DNA of 64,000 nucleotides. It comes from an uncultured Alphaproteobacteria bacterium. Its GTDB lineage: Bacteria > Pseudomonadota > Alphaproteobacteria > Rhizobiales > Xanthobacteraceae. Where the stretch lies: positions 78,555-142,554 of the forward strand of contig CAWHQL010000001.1 in NCBI GenBank assembly GCA_963831515.1. Reading direction: 5' to 3'. Within the stretch, counting starts at the first letter, position 1, and every line of letters begins with the position of its first letter. This document shows, one piece after another, positions 9,707-18,562 of this stretch. The notes under the pieces are model-generated. The model was not told the origin of the DNA. It worked only from the letters and a program-made list of their open reading frames with translations, and did no database searches. The position numbers were made by a program, and so were the translations under genes.

Positions 9707-10121
9707 ATATAGGCTTGCGCAGATTTTGTGTGAAAATTCCTCGAAGCAAACTGTGCGGCGCCGACGGTGTGCGCAGATTTTTAGGATAAGGAGGCGGGGA
9801 GGGGAGATGTCCGCTAAGGGCCAAAAGCCGACATTGGTCGGCTATTCGATCACTCCATCAGCACTGCCGCGCAGCGAAGTTCGGCCGCGATCTCGGCAAA
9901 TTGTTCGCTGCGTCCCTCCGCCCAACGCCACCAATCGCAACGCTTCGTGGCAACCAAGTATCAGCGAATCGAAATCGCCCGAAAGTAGGGAAAATGCACC
10001 GCCACCTGTTGCTGGGCGTACCGATAGCGTGTTCACTCCGCAGTTCGTGGCCACGCGAGAACCGGCAACCATATCGCTTGCGTTCTCCCGGCAACTTCAC
10101 CGAGCTTTTGGGAGGAACCCG

Positions 10122-11957
10122 ATGAGTGCGCTCCGTCTTGACCAGTTCCTCGCAAGCGCAGCACTTCTGTTCATTCTAGCTGCGCCGGTACCTGCGCTCG
10201 GGCAACAGACGGAGCCGTCTCAGACAGGTCTACGCGCCCCGTCGAAAGCAGGCGATGCCTCAGCCGGCGATGCGCTCACCTCACCGCCGGCCAGCGCTAC
10301 GCAGGCACCCGCTCCAGCGATTGCGCCCGAAGAGAGCCGGGCGCCCGACCGAATTACCGTGCTCGATCCTGCTGACCGCGCGATTGCGGAACGGATTCGC
10401 GATCTCCTGGACACAAAACCGAACCGCATCTTCGCCGACGAAAAGGCGCATGCGGCTGTCGAAGCCTTCTATCAAAAGCGCAATCTGGCGCCGCTTTGGC
10501 TCGACAAGGGCGTGGAGAATGCGCGGAGCAAGGCGGTGATTGCCCGCCTCAAGAATGCCGACGCCGACGGTCTCGACCATGCCGACTACAAGACACCGAC
10601 CTTTGGTGGGCTTTCGCCGGATGCGCTGGCGGAGGCCGAACTGAGCCTCACGCAGACTGTGCTTACCTATGCGCGGCACTTGCAGGCCGGACGTGTTCCC
10701 CATCGCCAAGTGAGAGAGGACAACATCGCGCTGCCGCAACGCGCGCCCGATCCGGCCGTGGTGCTAGCGGCCGTCGCCGAGGGGGACGACGCCAGCCAGG
10801 CGCTCGATCAGTTCAGCCCGCCATACGAGCACTATCGGAAGCTCAAAGCCGCGCTGTCGCAGCTGCGCGGCAGGACGGCCGGCGGTGCTCGCGACGGGAT
10901 CGCAGCGGGTCGGATGCTCACCTTCAACCGCAAGCATCCGATGGAAGATGCCCGCGTGCCGCAATTGCGCGAGCGTCTTGGTGTTCCCGGCGAGGCTACC
11001 GATCTGCGCTATGATGAGAAACTCGCTGGAGCCGTCAAAGAATATCAGCGGGGCAACGATCTGCCTCCGACCGGCAATCTGGATGCTCGCACGGTCAAAA
11101 AGCTCAATCCCACGAACGACAGCCGCATCGATACTATCATCGCCAACATGGAACGCTGGCGCTGGTACCACCGCGACATCCGCAAATCGCGTGTGGAGGT
11201 CAATGAGCCCGACTTCACCCTCAAGGTGATCCACGACGGACGGCAGGTGTGGACCTCGCGCGTTGTGATCGGCAAGCCGAGCATGCCGAGCCCGCTGCTG
11301 GCGCAACAGATGGATTCCATCACCATCAACCCGACCTGGAAGGTGCCGGCGTCGATCGTTCGGAACGAGTATCTGCCGGCGGAGGCGAGAGAGCCCGGCG
11401 CAATGGCGCGCATGGGGTTGCGCGTGAAACGCGTCAACGGCGAGGTGGAGATCACGATGCCGCCGGGCGGCAAGAATCCGCTCGGGCACATTCGGTTCAA
11501 TTTCTTCAATCGTCTGACGGTGTTTCAGCACGACACCCCGGACCAATACCTGTTCGCCCACGTTGTGCGGGCCGAGAGTCACGGCTGCATGCGCGTGCAG
11601 GATGCTCCCAAATACGCCGAAGTCCTTGCCGGCATGGTGCACCCTGAGGAGCAGTGGACGGCGGAGAAGATCAAGAGTTTTTACGCCGGCGGCACCGAGC
11701 AGGAGATTTCGCTGGGGTCGGGGCCGATCTGGATCTACTGGACCTATCAGACTGCCTTTGTCGACGACGCGGGCAAGTTGCAAATACGCCGCGATCTCTA
11801 CAACCTCGACAGCCGTACGCTGGCAGCGATCAAGGGCGCGCGCGAGATTGCCAATCCGGCATCGGAGAGCAAATCCGAGCCGACGATGGCGACTCCTGCG
11901 CCTGCCGCGCCCGCCCACCGCCGCAAAGCCGCTCCCATGGGTCACGCTCGATCGTAG
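10122..11957 (+). CDS. L,D-transpeptidase (YcbB-like; peptidoglycan-binding domain + YkuD catalytic domain)
   Basis: GGAGGA lies 6 nt before the ATG at 10122. Signal peptide MSALRLDQFLASAALLFILAAPVPALGQ. PG_binding_1-like LAGAVKEYQRGNDLPPTGNLD. Catalytic SHGCMRV motif. Confidence 0.85.
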   Translation: MSALRLDQFLASAALLFILAAPVPALGQQTEPSQTGLRAPSKAGDASAGDALTSPPASATQAPAPAIAPEESRAPDRITVLDPADRAIAERIRDLLDTKPNRIFADEKAHAAVEAFYQKRNLAPLWLDKGVENARSKAVIARLKNADADGLDHADYKTPTFGGLSPDALAEAELSLTQTVLTYARHLQAGRVPHRQVREDNIALPQRAPDPAVVLAAVAEGDDASQALDQFSPPYEHYRKLKAALSQLRGRTAGGARDGIAAGRMLTFNRKHPMEDARVPQLRERLGVPGEATDLRYDEKLAGAVKEYQRGNDLPPTGNLDARTVKKLNPTNDSRIDTIIANMERWRWYHRDIRKSRVEVNEPDFTLKVIHDGRQVWTSRVVIGKPSMPSPLLAQQMDSITINPTWKVPASIVRNEYLPAEAREPGAMARMGLRVKRVNGEVEITMPPGGKNPLGHIRFNFFNRLTVFQHDTPDQYLFAHVVRAESHGCMRVQDAPKYAEVLAGMVHPEEQWTAEKIKSFYAGGTEQEISLGSGPIWIYWTYQTAFVDDAGKLQIRRDLYNLDSRTLAAIKGAREIANPASESKSEPTMATPAPAAPAHRRKAAPMGHARS

Positions 11958-12202
11958 CGGTTCGATCGGGGGAATGGCCCGTGAGCAGACAGACACGCAG
12001 CGGCAAATTGCATTTGCGCCAGGAGACTTTAAAAATTGTCGAAGCTACTACTTACTACGCACTTACTAATTCCTCCGACCTTCAGCACCGTGCCTTTACT
12101 CAAACCACTCAATCCCTTATCGCTTTCGCGCCACAGATTGAGCAACTGATCCGGATTGGGTGTATCATCCGGGCGCAGAAACGCCCCGCAGGGGAGGACA
12201 CT

Positions 12203-12658
12203 ATGAACGTCAAGCCGAATACCGAGAACGCGAAGCCGGTTGACGACAAGCGCTCGCATCATGTGCGTCCGCTGGAAATGCCGTGGGAGAAAATGCGGTT
12301 TCCGGGTTGCAAGACCAAGACGCTGCTGTTCGATCCCAAGAGCGGCCTTGCGACCGTGCTGATCGAGATGGAGCCGGGCGCGACGCTGCCGGACCACGAG
12401 CATGTCCTGATCGAGCAGACTTACGTGCTCGAAGGATCGCTGGTGGACAAGGAAGGCCCCGACACCGGCCTCGAGGTGAAGGCTGGCGAGTTCGTCTGGC
12501 GTCCGGCGGGCAGCCGGCACGTCGCCTATTGTCCGAATGGCGGCAAGATGATCGCGATCTTCCAGGTGCCCAACAAATTTTTCGAGAAGGACGGCAAGGT
12601 GACCGACGCCGGTGGCAAGGACTGGCAGTCGTCCTGGGGGCACGTGTTACCGAGCTAG
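12203..12658 (+). CDS. cupin domain protein (ChrR-like cupin)
   Basis: GGGGAGGA RBS before the ATG at 12203. 151 aa with PGATLPDHEHVLIEQTYVLEGSL...WRPAGSRHVAY, a cupin His motif pattern. Confidence 0.7.
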   Translation: MNVKPNTENAKPVDDKRSHHVRPLEMPWEKMRFPGCKTKTLLFDPKSGLATVLIEMEPGATLPDHEHVLIEQTYVLEGSLVDKEGPDTGLEVKAGEFVWRPAGSRHVAYCPNGGKMIAIFQVPNKFFEKDGKVTDAGGKDWQSSWGHVLPS

Positions 12659-12680
12659 TTTAAATCGCCGCCGCGTGGGC

Positions 12681-12705
12681 TTACCCGCCGCGCGCCGGCG
12701 GGTGA
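12681..12705 (+). terminator. hairpin downstream of the cupin gene (weak intrinsic terminator)
   Basis: TTACCCGCCG cgcgc CGGCGGGTGA forms a 10-bp stem including one G-U. It is followed by only a partial T tract. Confidence 0.4.
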
Positions 12706-12719
12706 GTGAAGTTTGCTGC

Positions 12720-12805
12720 GCGGACGTGGCGGAATGGTAGACGCAAGGGACTTAAAATCCCTTGGGAGATTTCCCGTGAGGGTTCGAGTCCCTCCGTCCG
12801 CACCA
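12720..12805 (+). tRNA. tRNA-Leu (anticodon UAA), long variable arm, encoded CCA
   Basis: GCGGACG...CGTCCGC acceptor stem. GGAATGGTAGAC D-loop. Anticodon stem-loop AGGGA CTTAAAA TCCCT. Variable arm TGGGAGATTTCCCG. GGTTCGAGTCC T-loop. ACCA 3' end. Confidence 0.92.
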
Positions 12806-13065
12806 ACAAACTAAAGCACTTATCAGCACTGTGAGATCGTGAGTGTGGCGACGGCGAGGCTTGTTCCTCGCTATTTTTGTTGCCAGCGGCGCGGCCGAAA
12901 TGGCACGCTCGCTTCGGTCGCGAAGCTGCGAAATCCGACATCCCCCGAAAGCCGGAAAACGCTCTGTAACATTTGGCACAGCGTGGCTGGCGAAACGTGG
13001 CTACAGATCAGGCCAGTGCAGGTTTCGCAGAGCAGGGAGATCAAACATGTCGGTCGGCAGGGCAG

Positions 13066-13949
13066 ATGCAAATGGAGCCGGTTCGGTCAAGTCCGCCGGT
13101 GACGGCGTCCGCAACAGCAGACAGCGCTGCTTCCAGCAAAGGAATGCCCAAGGCCGGGCTTGCCGATGGTGCGAACACAACTTGGTCGACCGCGCGAAAG
13201 CCTGTTCAGGTCGCGGAGGCTCCGAAACGGTCCGCTGCGCTTGATTTCAAGGCCATCGACAAAGCCGTCGACGACTTGCAGTATGCGCGCCTCCGTTTTG
13301 CCGTTGCCAGCAGAAACTACGCGGAAGCACGAAAAACGATGAGACCCAAGCAAGTTATAACATCGGGAAAGATCTATATCAAAAGGCACAGATCGACCTT
13401 GGAAAGGTCATCGACGATCAGAAGAAGCGAGCCGAAGACAGCTCTCTCTACCCGCGTGGTCACGGTCTAAAAAATTCCGGCCAGGTGAGGCAGCAGGAGC
13501 AGAAAATTTTGGATCACGCTAAGACGCCGCTACTAAAAAGTTATCTTGCAGAAGCCATAAACGAGAATCGAGGTCTGCGCGCGCCTGACGAACTGAAGGC
13601 CCTCAGTGTCAAAATACAAATGCAGGCGAAAAACGGCGGCCTCAATCCCGCTCAAAAGATCGAAGCAACACATATCATCAAGGATGCGACGGACGCTGTG
13701 ATCGGCCAGCACTGGGATGAGGCTGGTCTGATACCCGATCTGGTGACAACAGTTCGGCTCGGTCGGTTGGACAAGCTGTTGGATGGCGTGACAGGGAAGG
13801 CCGAAAAATTCGACCTGGATTTGTTTGATCAGGTGACCGCGAACATCAAGTCAAAGATGTACGGGCCCGATGAGAACACCAAAGAGTTTGACGATATCGT
13901 CGCGACGTACCGTGCGCGGTTGACGCCAGAGATAAACATCGGTCCTTGA
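13066..13949 (+). pseudogene. hypothetical gene split by a 1-nt frameshift in an A5 run (track ORFs 12973..13470 and 13485..13949)
   Basis: The frame of ORF 12973 reads ...KAIDKAVDDLQYARLRFAVASRNYAEARK up to the run cgAAAAAcg (13332-13336). With one extra A it would continue in the frame of ORF 13485, which is open from 13248, as NDETQASYNIGKDLYQKAQIDLGKVIDDQKKRAED...QVRQQEQKILDHAK... to 13949. The start (ATG at 13066 or 13072) is uncertain. Confidence 0.45.
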
Positions 13950-13979
13950 AGACGACCGCCAAGCGATCTCCCAGGGGCC

Positions 13980-14032
13980 TAAAATCCCTTGGGAGATTTC
14001 CCGTGCGGGTTCGAGTCCCTCTGTCCGCACCA
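13980..14032 (+). repeat. duplicated 3' half of tRNA-Leu (att-like direct repeat)
   Basis: TAAAATCCCTTGGGAGATTTCCCGTGcGGGTTCGAGTCCCTCtGTCCGCACCA matches tRNA positions 12753-12805 at 51 of 53 positions. No tRNA 5' half lies upstream. Confidence 0.85.
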
Positions 14033-14151
14033 AAATTCTTTCAGCTCGTTCTTCATGTAAAATCTTTAAAGTTAAACCCGAATAACAAACGCAGTATCAG
14101 CTTAACTTGAAGAATGTCTGATTAGTCCTTGCCGCAACTCGCTGTCGGAAC

Positions 14152-14490
14152 TCAGCAGCGACGAAACACGCGGCGCGGTCCGCTCTCGCCTTCCTGCTGC
14201 GCCATCGTGCGGCGATCGGCGCTGAATTCGCTGAACTCCGTATACAGCTTCTCGCCCTTCCAGAACCAGTACATGACGATTTTGTCGTCCCGGTAATCGT
14301 AGTCGCTGACTTTCAGCCTGCGTGTCGGCGTGCGGTCGTGGAACATCGCGATCAGCATGTCGGGGCGAAAATTGTAATCACCGGCATCGCTGCACCATTT
14401 GCCCGAGATGTCCTTGAACGAAAGCGCCGTTGCCTGCGCGACTGCCCCGACAGTGAACAGCGCGACGAGAATGGACATTCGCGAGATCAT
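14152..14490 (-). CDS. small secreted hypothetical protein
   Basis: 112 aa with signal peptide MISRMSILVALFTVGAVAQA. Lies in a lower-GC stretch next to the tRNA fragment. No family recognised. Confidence 0.5.
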   Translation of the reverse strand: MISRMSILVALFTVGAVAQATALSFKDISGKWCSDAGDYNFRPDMLIAMFHDRTPTRRLKVSDYDYRDDKIVMYWFWKGEKLYTEFSEFSADRRTMAQQEGESGPRRVFRRC

Positions 14491-14551
14491 TCAGCCCCCC
14501 AGGAATCGCGAACGATATCGTACCCAACTCAGGCCGCGTGGGGAACGTCGA

Positions 14552-15562
14552 TCAGTCAACGATCTCATCTGCACGCGCGGTCAGCGCGGTTGGCAATCTG
14601 ATGCCAAGAGTTTTCGCGGTGGTGAGATTGATGATCAGTTCGACTTTCGTGGACTGCTGGATGGCAAGTTCTCCAGGCTTCTCTCCCTTGAGAATGCGCC
14701 CGACATAGATTCCGGCCTGACGGAAAGGCTCTGTCGAACTGTCGCCATAGCTCATCAGGCCGCCCGCCGCGGCAAATGCGCGATATTGGTAGATCGACGG
14801 CATCATGTAGCGCAGTGTCAGAGCTGCAAGACGTTCGCTGCTGGCATTGAATAACGGATCGGTGCCGATCACGAGGGCGCGAACGCCAAGTTCTCGCAAG
14901 CTTGCAAACGCGGGTTCGAAGTCGGCTTCATTCGTTGCATGCTGAACGTAAATCTGAATCCCGAGTTCTTTGGCCGCCGCCTTGACATCTTTCGCGATGG
15001 TTTCGGCATTGGAATTTGTCGGGTTAATCAGCAATCCAAAAATCGTCGTCGAAGGCACGACGCCGTGCAGAAGCTCAAGGCGTTTTGCTCCGAGCTCGAC
15101 ATTCAACAAACTCACGCCGGTAAGATTTCCGCCAGGTTTGCTCAGGCTTGCAACAAGCCCAAGCTTCACGGGGTCGGCGCCGACTTCGAAAACGACGGGG
15201 AGTGTGGTGGTCGCAGCCTTTGCAGCGACGGCGGCTGGCGTCGTAATTGCCAGGATCACGTCCACATTGAAACGAACCAGGTCTGCGGCCATCGCCGGTA
15301 AGCGCTCGTAATGGCCGTCGGCCCAGCGGGATTCGATCGTAACGTTCTGGCCTTCGACGAAGCCGGCTTCGCTCAACCCTTTGCGAACCGAAGCGACGCG
15401 TGAGGCGTAAGCATCCGCCGAGGTACTGCCAAGAAGGCCTATCACCGGCTTTTTTGCTTTTTGCGCCCACGCAGAGGGGGGCCATGCGGACAGCGGCCAT
15501 GCCGTGGCCGGGACGAAGGCGACCTTGATGAAATCTCGCCGGCGCACGCAATCATGCTCCAA
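14552..15562 (-). CDS. ABC transporter substrate-binding protein (ABC_sub_bind/PF04392-like), orphan
   Basis: KPVIGLLGSTSADAYASRVASVRKGLSEAGFVEGQNVTIESRWADGHYERLP...NLTGVS is typical of the family. Twin-Arg signal RRRDFIKVAF. The start is ambiguous (TTG at 15562 or GTG at 15547). The upstream part of the track ORF is not protein-like. Confidence 0.75.
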   Translation of the reverse strand: MEHDCVRRRDFIKVAFVPATAWPLSAWPPSAWAQKAKKPVIGLLGSTSADAYASRVASVRKGLSEAGFVEGQNVTIESRWADGHYERLPAMAADLVRFNVDVILAITTPAAVAAKAATTTLPVVFEVGADPVKLGLVASLSKPGGNLTGVSLLNVELGAKRLELLHGVVPSTTIFGLLINPTNSNAETIAKDVKAAAKELGIQIYVQHATNEADFEPAFASLRELGVRALVIGTDPLFNASSERLAALTLRYMMPSIYQYRAFAAAGGLMSYGDSSTEPFRQAGIYVGRILKGEKPGELAIQQSTKVELIINLTTAKTLGIRLPTALTARADEIVD

Positions 15563-15637
15563 ATGGCTTCGCGTGCTCGAAAGGCTAGCGCAGATTGACG
15601 CGCCCGCGCGAGCCGCTTGTCCGCTACAATACCTGCC

Positions 15638-16858
15638 ATGAACGAGGGCGACATCAACGCATTGACGGCGTGGTTGGCCAAAGCCGGCCTGAGCGGCGAA
15701 CCGGAAGATACGCTGGTGAGTGGCTTCTGCGATCGCGCCGTTGCCGCCGGCCTGCCCATCAGTCGGGCGCAGGTTTTCATCGATACGCTTCACCCGGTGT
15801 ACGAAGGGCGCCTGGTTCGTTGGGGCTACGCGCCGTCGCGTCCGGTCGTGCAGGAATACGGACGCACGGGCTCAGCCACGGACGCCTCGACAGAAGACGT
15901 CGCGCGCTGGCGCGCGAGTCCGTTCTTTCACATGTTGCAGACCGGCGACAGCATGCTGCATCGCCGTGTCGCGGAAAAGAGCGAACCCGATTTTCCGGTC
16001 TTCAAGGATTATCGCGCCGACGGCATGACCGACTACATCGCCATCATCAACCGTTTCGCGCCTGATTACACGATCGGCGAAATGGATTGCATCTATTCAT
16101 CGTGGCTGACGTCGCGCCCCGATGGTTTCACCGATGCACATGTTGCTGCAATCAAGCGTGTCGTGCCCACGCTTGCGCTGGCGTTCAAGGCGGCCGCACT
16201 CGCGCGCATGACCGGCACCTTGATGGAAACTTATCTCGGCCGTGATGCAGGGCGACGGGTACTCAGCGGCCGCATCATGCGCGGCGTGACTGAGCGTATC
16301 GATGCCGCCATCTGGTTCAGCGACCTGCGTGGCTTCACCCGGATCACCAATTCATCGCCGGAGCAGATCATTCCGCTGTTGAACGATTATGCCGACGTCG
16401 TTGTTTCGGCGATTCACGCGCAGGGTGGGGACGTGCTCAAGCTGATCGGCGACGGCATTCTTGCAATCTTTACGGCTGAAGATCGCGCGCACGCCTGTGC
16501 GGCCGCGCTTGCTGCTACGGTCGAAGCACAAAAGCAGGTGCAGACACTTAGCGCGCGGCGTGCACGCGAGTCGCTGCCGATCACCGATATGTATGTCGGT
16601 CTGCATGTGGGTGAGGTGTTCTACGGAAATATCGGAAGCACCGATCGGCTCGATTTCACCGTGGTCGGCCCGGCGGTCAATGAAACAAGCCGCATCGCTG
16701 CCATGTGTCGCTCCGTCGACCAACCGCTTCTGGTCTCGGAGACCTTCGCCAATGTCGAGGGGATGCGCGGTCATCTCATATCGGTTGGCCGCTATGCCTT
16801 GCGTGGGGTCGCGCAGCCGCAGGAGCTTTTCACACTGGATCCGGCTCGCACCGTTTAG
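15638..16858 (+). CDS. class III adenylate/guanylate cyclase with an uncharacterised N-terminal domain
   Basis: C-terminal cyclase motifs FSDLRGFTRI, KLIGDGILAIF, VGLHVGEVFYGNIGS and FTVVGPAVNETSRI. ATG at 15638 (MNEGDINAL). Confidence 0.85.
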   Translation: MNEGDINALTAWLAKAGLSGEPEDTLVSGFCDRAVAAGLPISRAQVFIDTLHPVYEGRLVRWGYAPSRPVVQEYGRTGSATDASTEDVARWRASPFFHMLQTGDSMLHRRVAEKSEPDFPVFKDYRADGMTDYIAIINRFAPDYTIGEMDCIYSSWLTSRPDGFTDAHVAAIKRVVPTLALAFKAAALARMTGTLMETYLGRDAGRRVLSGRIMRGVTERIDAAIWFSDLRGFTRITNSSPEQIIPLLNDYADVVVSAIHAQGGDVLKLIGDGILAIFTAEDRAHACAAALAATVEAQKQVQTLSARRARESLPITDMYVGLHVGEVFYGNIGSTDRLDFTVVGPAVNETSRIAAMCRSVDQPLLVSETFANVEGMRGHLISVGRYALRGVAQPQELFTLDPARTV

Positions 16859-16950
16859 AACCTGTCCAGCACTCACGTGTCCTTGACTGGACAGAAGCGG
16901 TCTTCGCGTCTGGTATCGTTCGGAACATTGCACAGCAAAGCGTAGCCACC

Positions 16951-17862
16951 ATGCATCACTTGAACCGGCGTGAATTCAGCGGACTTTGCGCGGCGCTTGC
17001 CTCGTTAGCCGCTTTCGATGCGACGTCTGGCACGGCCTCCGCCGCTGAAGGCCGCACGGTGAAGTTTCGCGACGGCGCAGTCGTCCCGGCCTTGGGCCAG
17101 GGCTCGGCTAATCTCGGAAAGGGAAGGCGCCCTCAAGCCGAGGAAGAAGAAGCGGTACGCACCGGCCTTTCTCTCGGGATGACGCTGATCGACACGGCGG
17201 AAATGTACGGCTCGGAGGAATTCCTGGGTCGCGCCATCGCCGGCCAGCGCGATCGCATTTTTCTGGTGTCAAAGGTTTGGCCCAATCATGTGGCGGGAGA
17301 CGGCATCACGCGCGCTTGCGAGGCAAGCCTCAAACGCCTCGGCACCGACCATCTCGACCTTTACCTCCTGCATTGGCCGAACGGCGTCACCAACGTTGCG
17401 CACGTCGTGAGCATGTTTGAAAAATTGCGCTCCGCGGGAAAGATTCGCGCCTGGGGAGTCTCCAATTTCAGCGTTCGTGACATGGAGAATCTCTTCCGTG
17501 TTCCGCAGGGCGATCGCTGCGCGACCAATCAACTTCCTTACAGCATCGGCGACCGCGGCATTGAACGTGATGTGCTTCCATGGTGCCAGCGGCACGGCAT
17601 GCCGATCATGGCCTATTCGCCGCTCGGTGGACCCGGCGCCAGCGTGCTGCGTGATCCCACTTTGGCACGTATCGGTGCGGCGCATGGCTGCTCTGCGGCT
17701 GCCGTTGCTCTCGCTTGGGCCATCCGCAACGGTAACGTCATTGCGATTCCCGAATCCGGCTCCGCCGCGCATGTGAAGGAGAACGCCGTCGCGCTGTCTC
17801 TGACACTGACACCGGAAGAGATTCAAACGCTGGAAGCGGCGCATCCACAGGCCAAACGTTAG
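16951..17862 (+). CDS. aldo/keto reductase with Tat-type signal peptide
   Basis: MHHLNRREFSGLCAALASLAAFDA signal. AKR motifs IDTAEMYG, LDLYLLHWP, AYSPLG and IPESGSAAHVKEN. Confidence 0.85.
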   Translation: MHHLNRREFSGLCAALASLAAFDATSGTASAAEGRTVKFRDGAVVPALGQGSANLGKGRRPQAEEEEAVRTGLSLGMTLIDTAEMYGSEEFLGRAIAGQRDRIFLVSKVWPNHVAGDGITRACEASLKRLGTDHLDLYLLHWPNGVTNVAHVVSMFEKLRSAGKIRAWGVSNFSVRDMENLFRVPQGDRCATNQLPYSIGDRGIERDVLPWCQRHGMPIMAYSPLGGPGASVLRDPTLARIGAAHGCSAAAVALAWAIRNGNVIAIPESGSAAHVKENAVALSLTLTPEEIQTLEAAHPQAKR

Positions 17863-18058
17863 AATAGCCAACGTCTATTTTACGTTGAGATTATCCGGTG
17901 GCGGTATCGGGGCGCCGTCGATTCACGAATCAAATTTTTCTCGCCGCGTATTCCATCACATTCGTGACAAATCTAATTGAACTGGCGCGTCCTGGTGTGT
18001 GCGCAAGACTCTGCTAGCTACGGAACAGGGCGACGTACAGTTTCAAGCGAGGCGTTCC

Positions 18059-18304
18059 ATGAGCACAAGCATAGTCAAACTTCTTCCGATCGTTTTCGGT
18101 GCGGCGGCTTTAATGGCCACGCCGGCATTCGCCACGACACACAAAAGCAAAGCAATGCACCACTACGCATCCGACTCCGCTTACGCGCCGCAGAACCAGC
18201 GACCGCCTGAGGTCTACAGCTGGGATGGACGCGATCTCGGCACCGATCCCGATCCGAATATTCGCTTTCAGCTGCTGCGCGACCAGAATTGGGGCGGCAA
18301 CTGA
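18059..18304 (+). CDS. small secreted protein (hypothetical)
   Basis: 81 aa with signal MSTSIVKLLPIVFGAAALMATPAFA. The C-terminal GTDPDPNIRFQLLRDQNWGGN resembles small conserved rhizobial periplasmic proteins (from memory, not checked). Confidence 0.55.
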   Translation: MSTSIVKLLPIVFGAAALMATPAFATTHKSKAMHHYASDSAYAPQNQRPPEVYSWDGRDLGTDPDPNIRFQLLRDQNWGGN

Positions 18305-18328
18305 TTCCGAAAGCTCCAATCGCAAACT

Positions 18329-18367
18329 AAAAAAAGAGGCCGCTGAGTGAAGCGGCCTCTTTCTTTT
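18329..18367. terminator. bidirectional intrinsic terminator
   Basis: aaaaa AGAGGCCGCT gagtga AGCGGCCTCT ttctttt. Perfect 10-bp stem flanked by A and T tracts, between convergent genes. Confidence 0.75.
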
Positions 18368-18368
18368 C

Positions 18369-18542
18369 TCAGCGAATGAGCAGCGTGACCAAAATCGCCG
18401 CGAGCAGACCGTTTCCGATGAATTGTGCAATCAATATTTCAACGAGAAGCTCGGTGTGGCCGGAGACCATGTACCTCGTGAAAAAGATGCCGAGAAAGCA
18501 CGCAATAGCGGCGGCAATCACCGCCGTAGCTCTGTCCGACAT
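18369..18542 (-). CDS. small two-TM membrane protein (hypothetical, 57 aa)
   Basis: ATG at 18542 preceded by GGGGGGA. MSDRATAVIAAAIACFLGIFFTRYMVSGHTELLVEILIAQFIGNGLLAAILVTLLIR. The stop abuts the terminator. Confidence 0.4.
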   Translation of the reverse strand: MSDRATAVIAAAIACFLGIFFTRYMVSGHTELLVEILIAQFIGNGLLAAILVTLLIR

Positions 18543-18562
18543 TCTGTCCCCCCGGCGCGGCG

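Noticed and set aside
9726-10121. N-terminal 132-codon extension of the L,D-transpeptidase ORF given in the track.
   Set aside because: The extension is not protein-like and would bury the signal peptide. ATG at 10122 has its own GGAGGA RBS and a canonical signal sequence. It is kept only as a low-interest observation about the SD-ATG at 9807.
12681-12979. Minus-strand ORFs 12681..12941 and 12752..12979, and also 13851..14033.
   Set aside because: They read through the tRNA-Leu gene or its duplicated fragment. The shared peptide ...RTEGLEPSREISQGIL... is just the tRNA translated.
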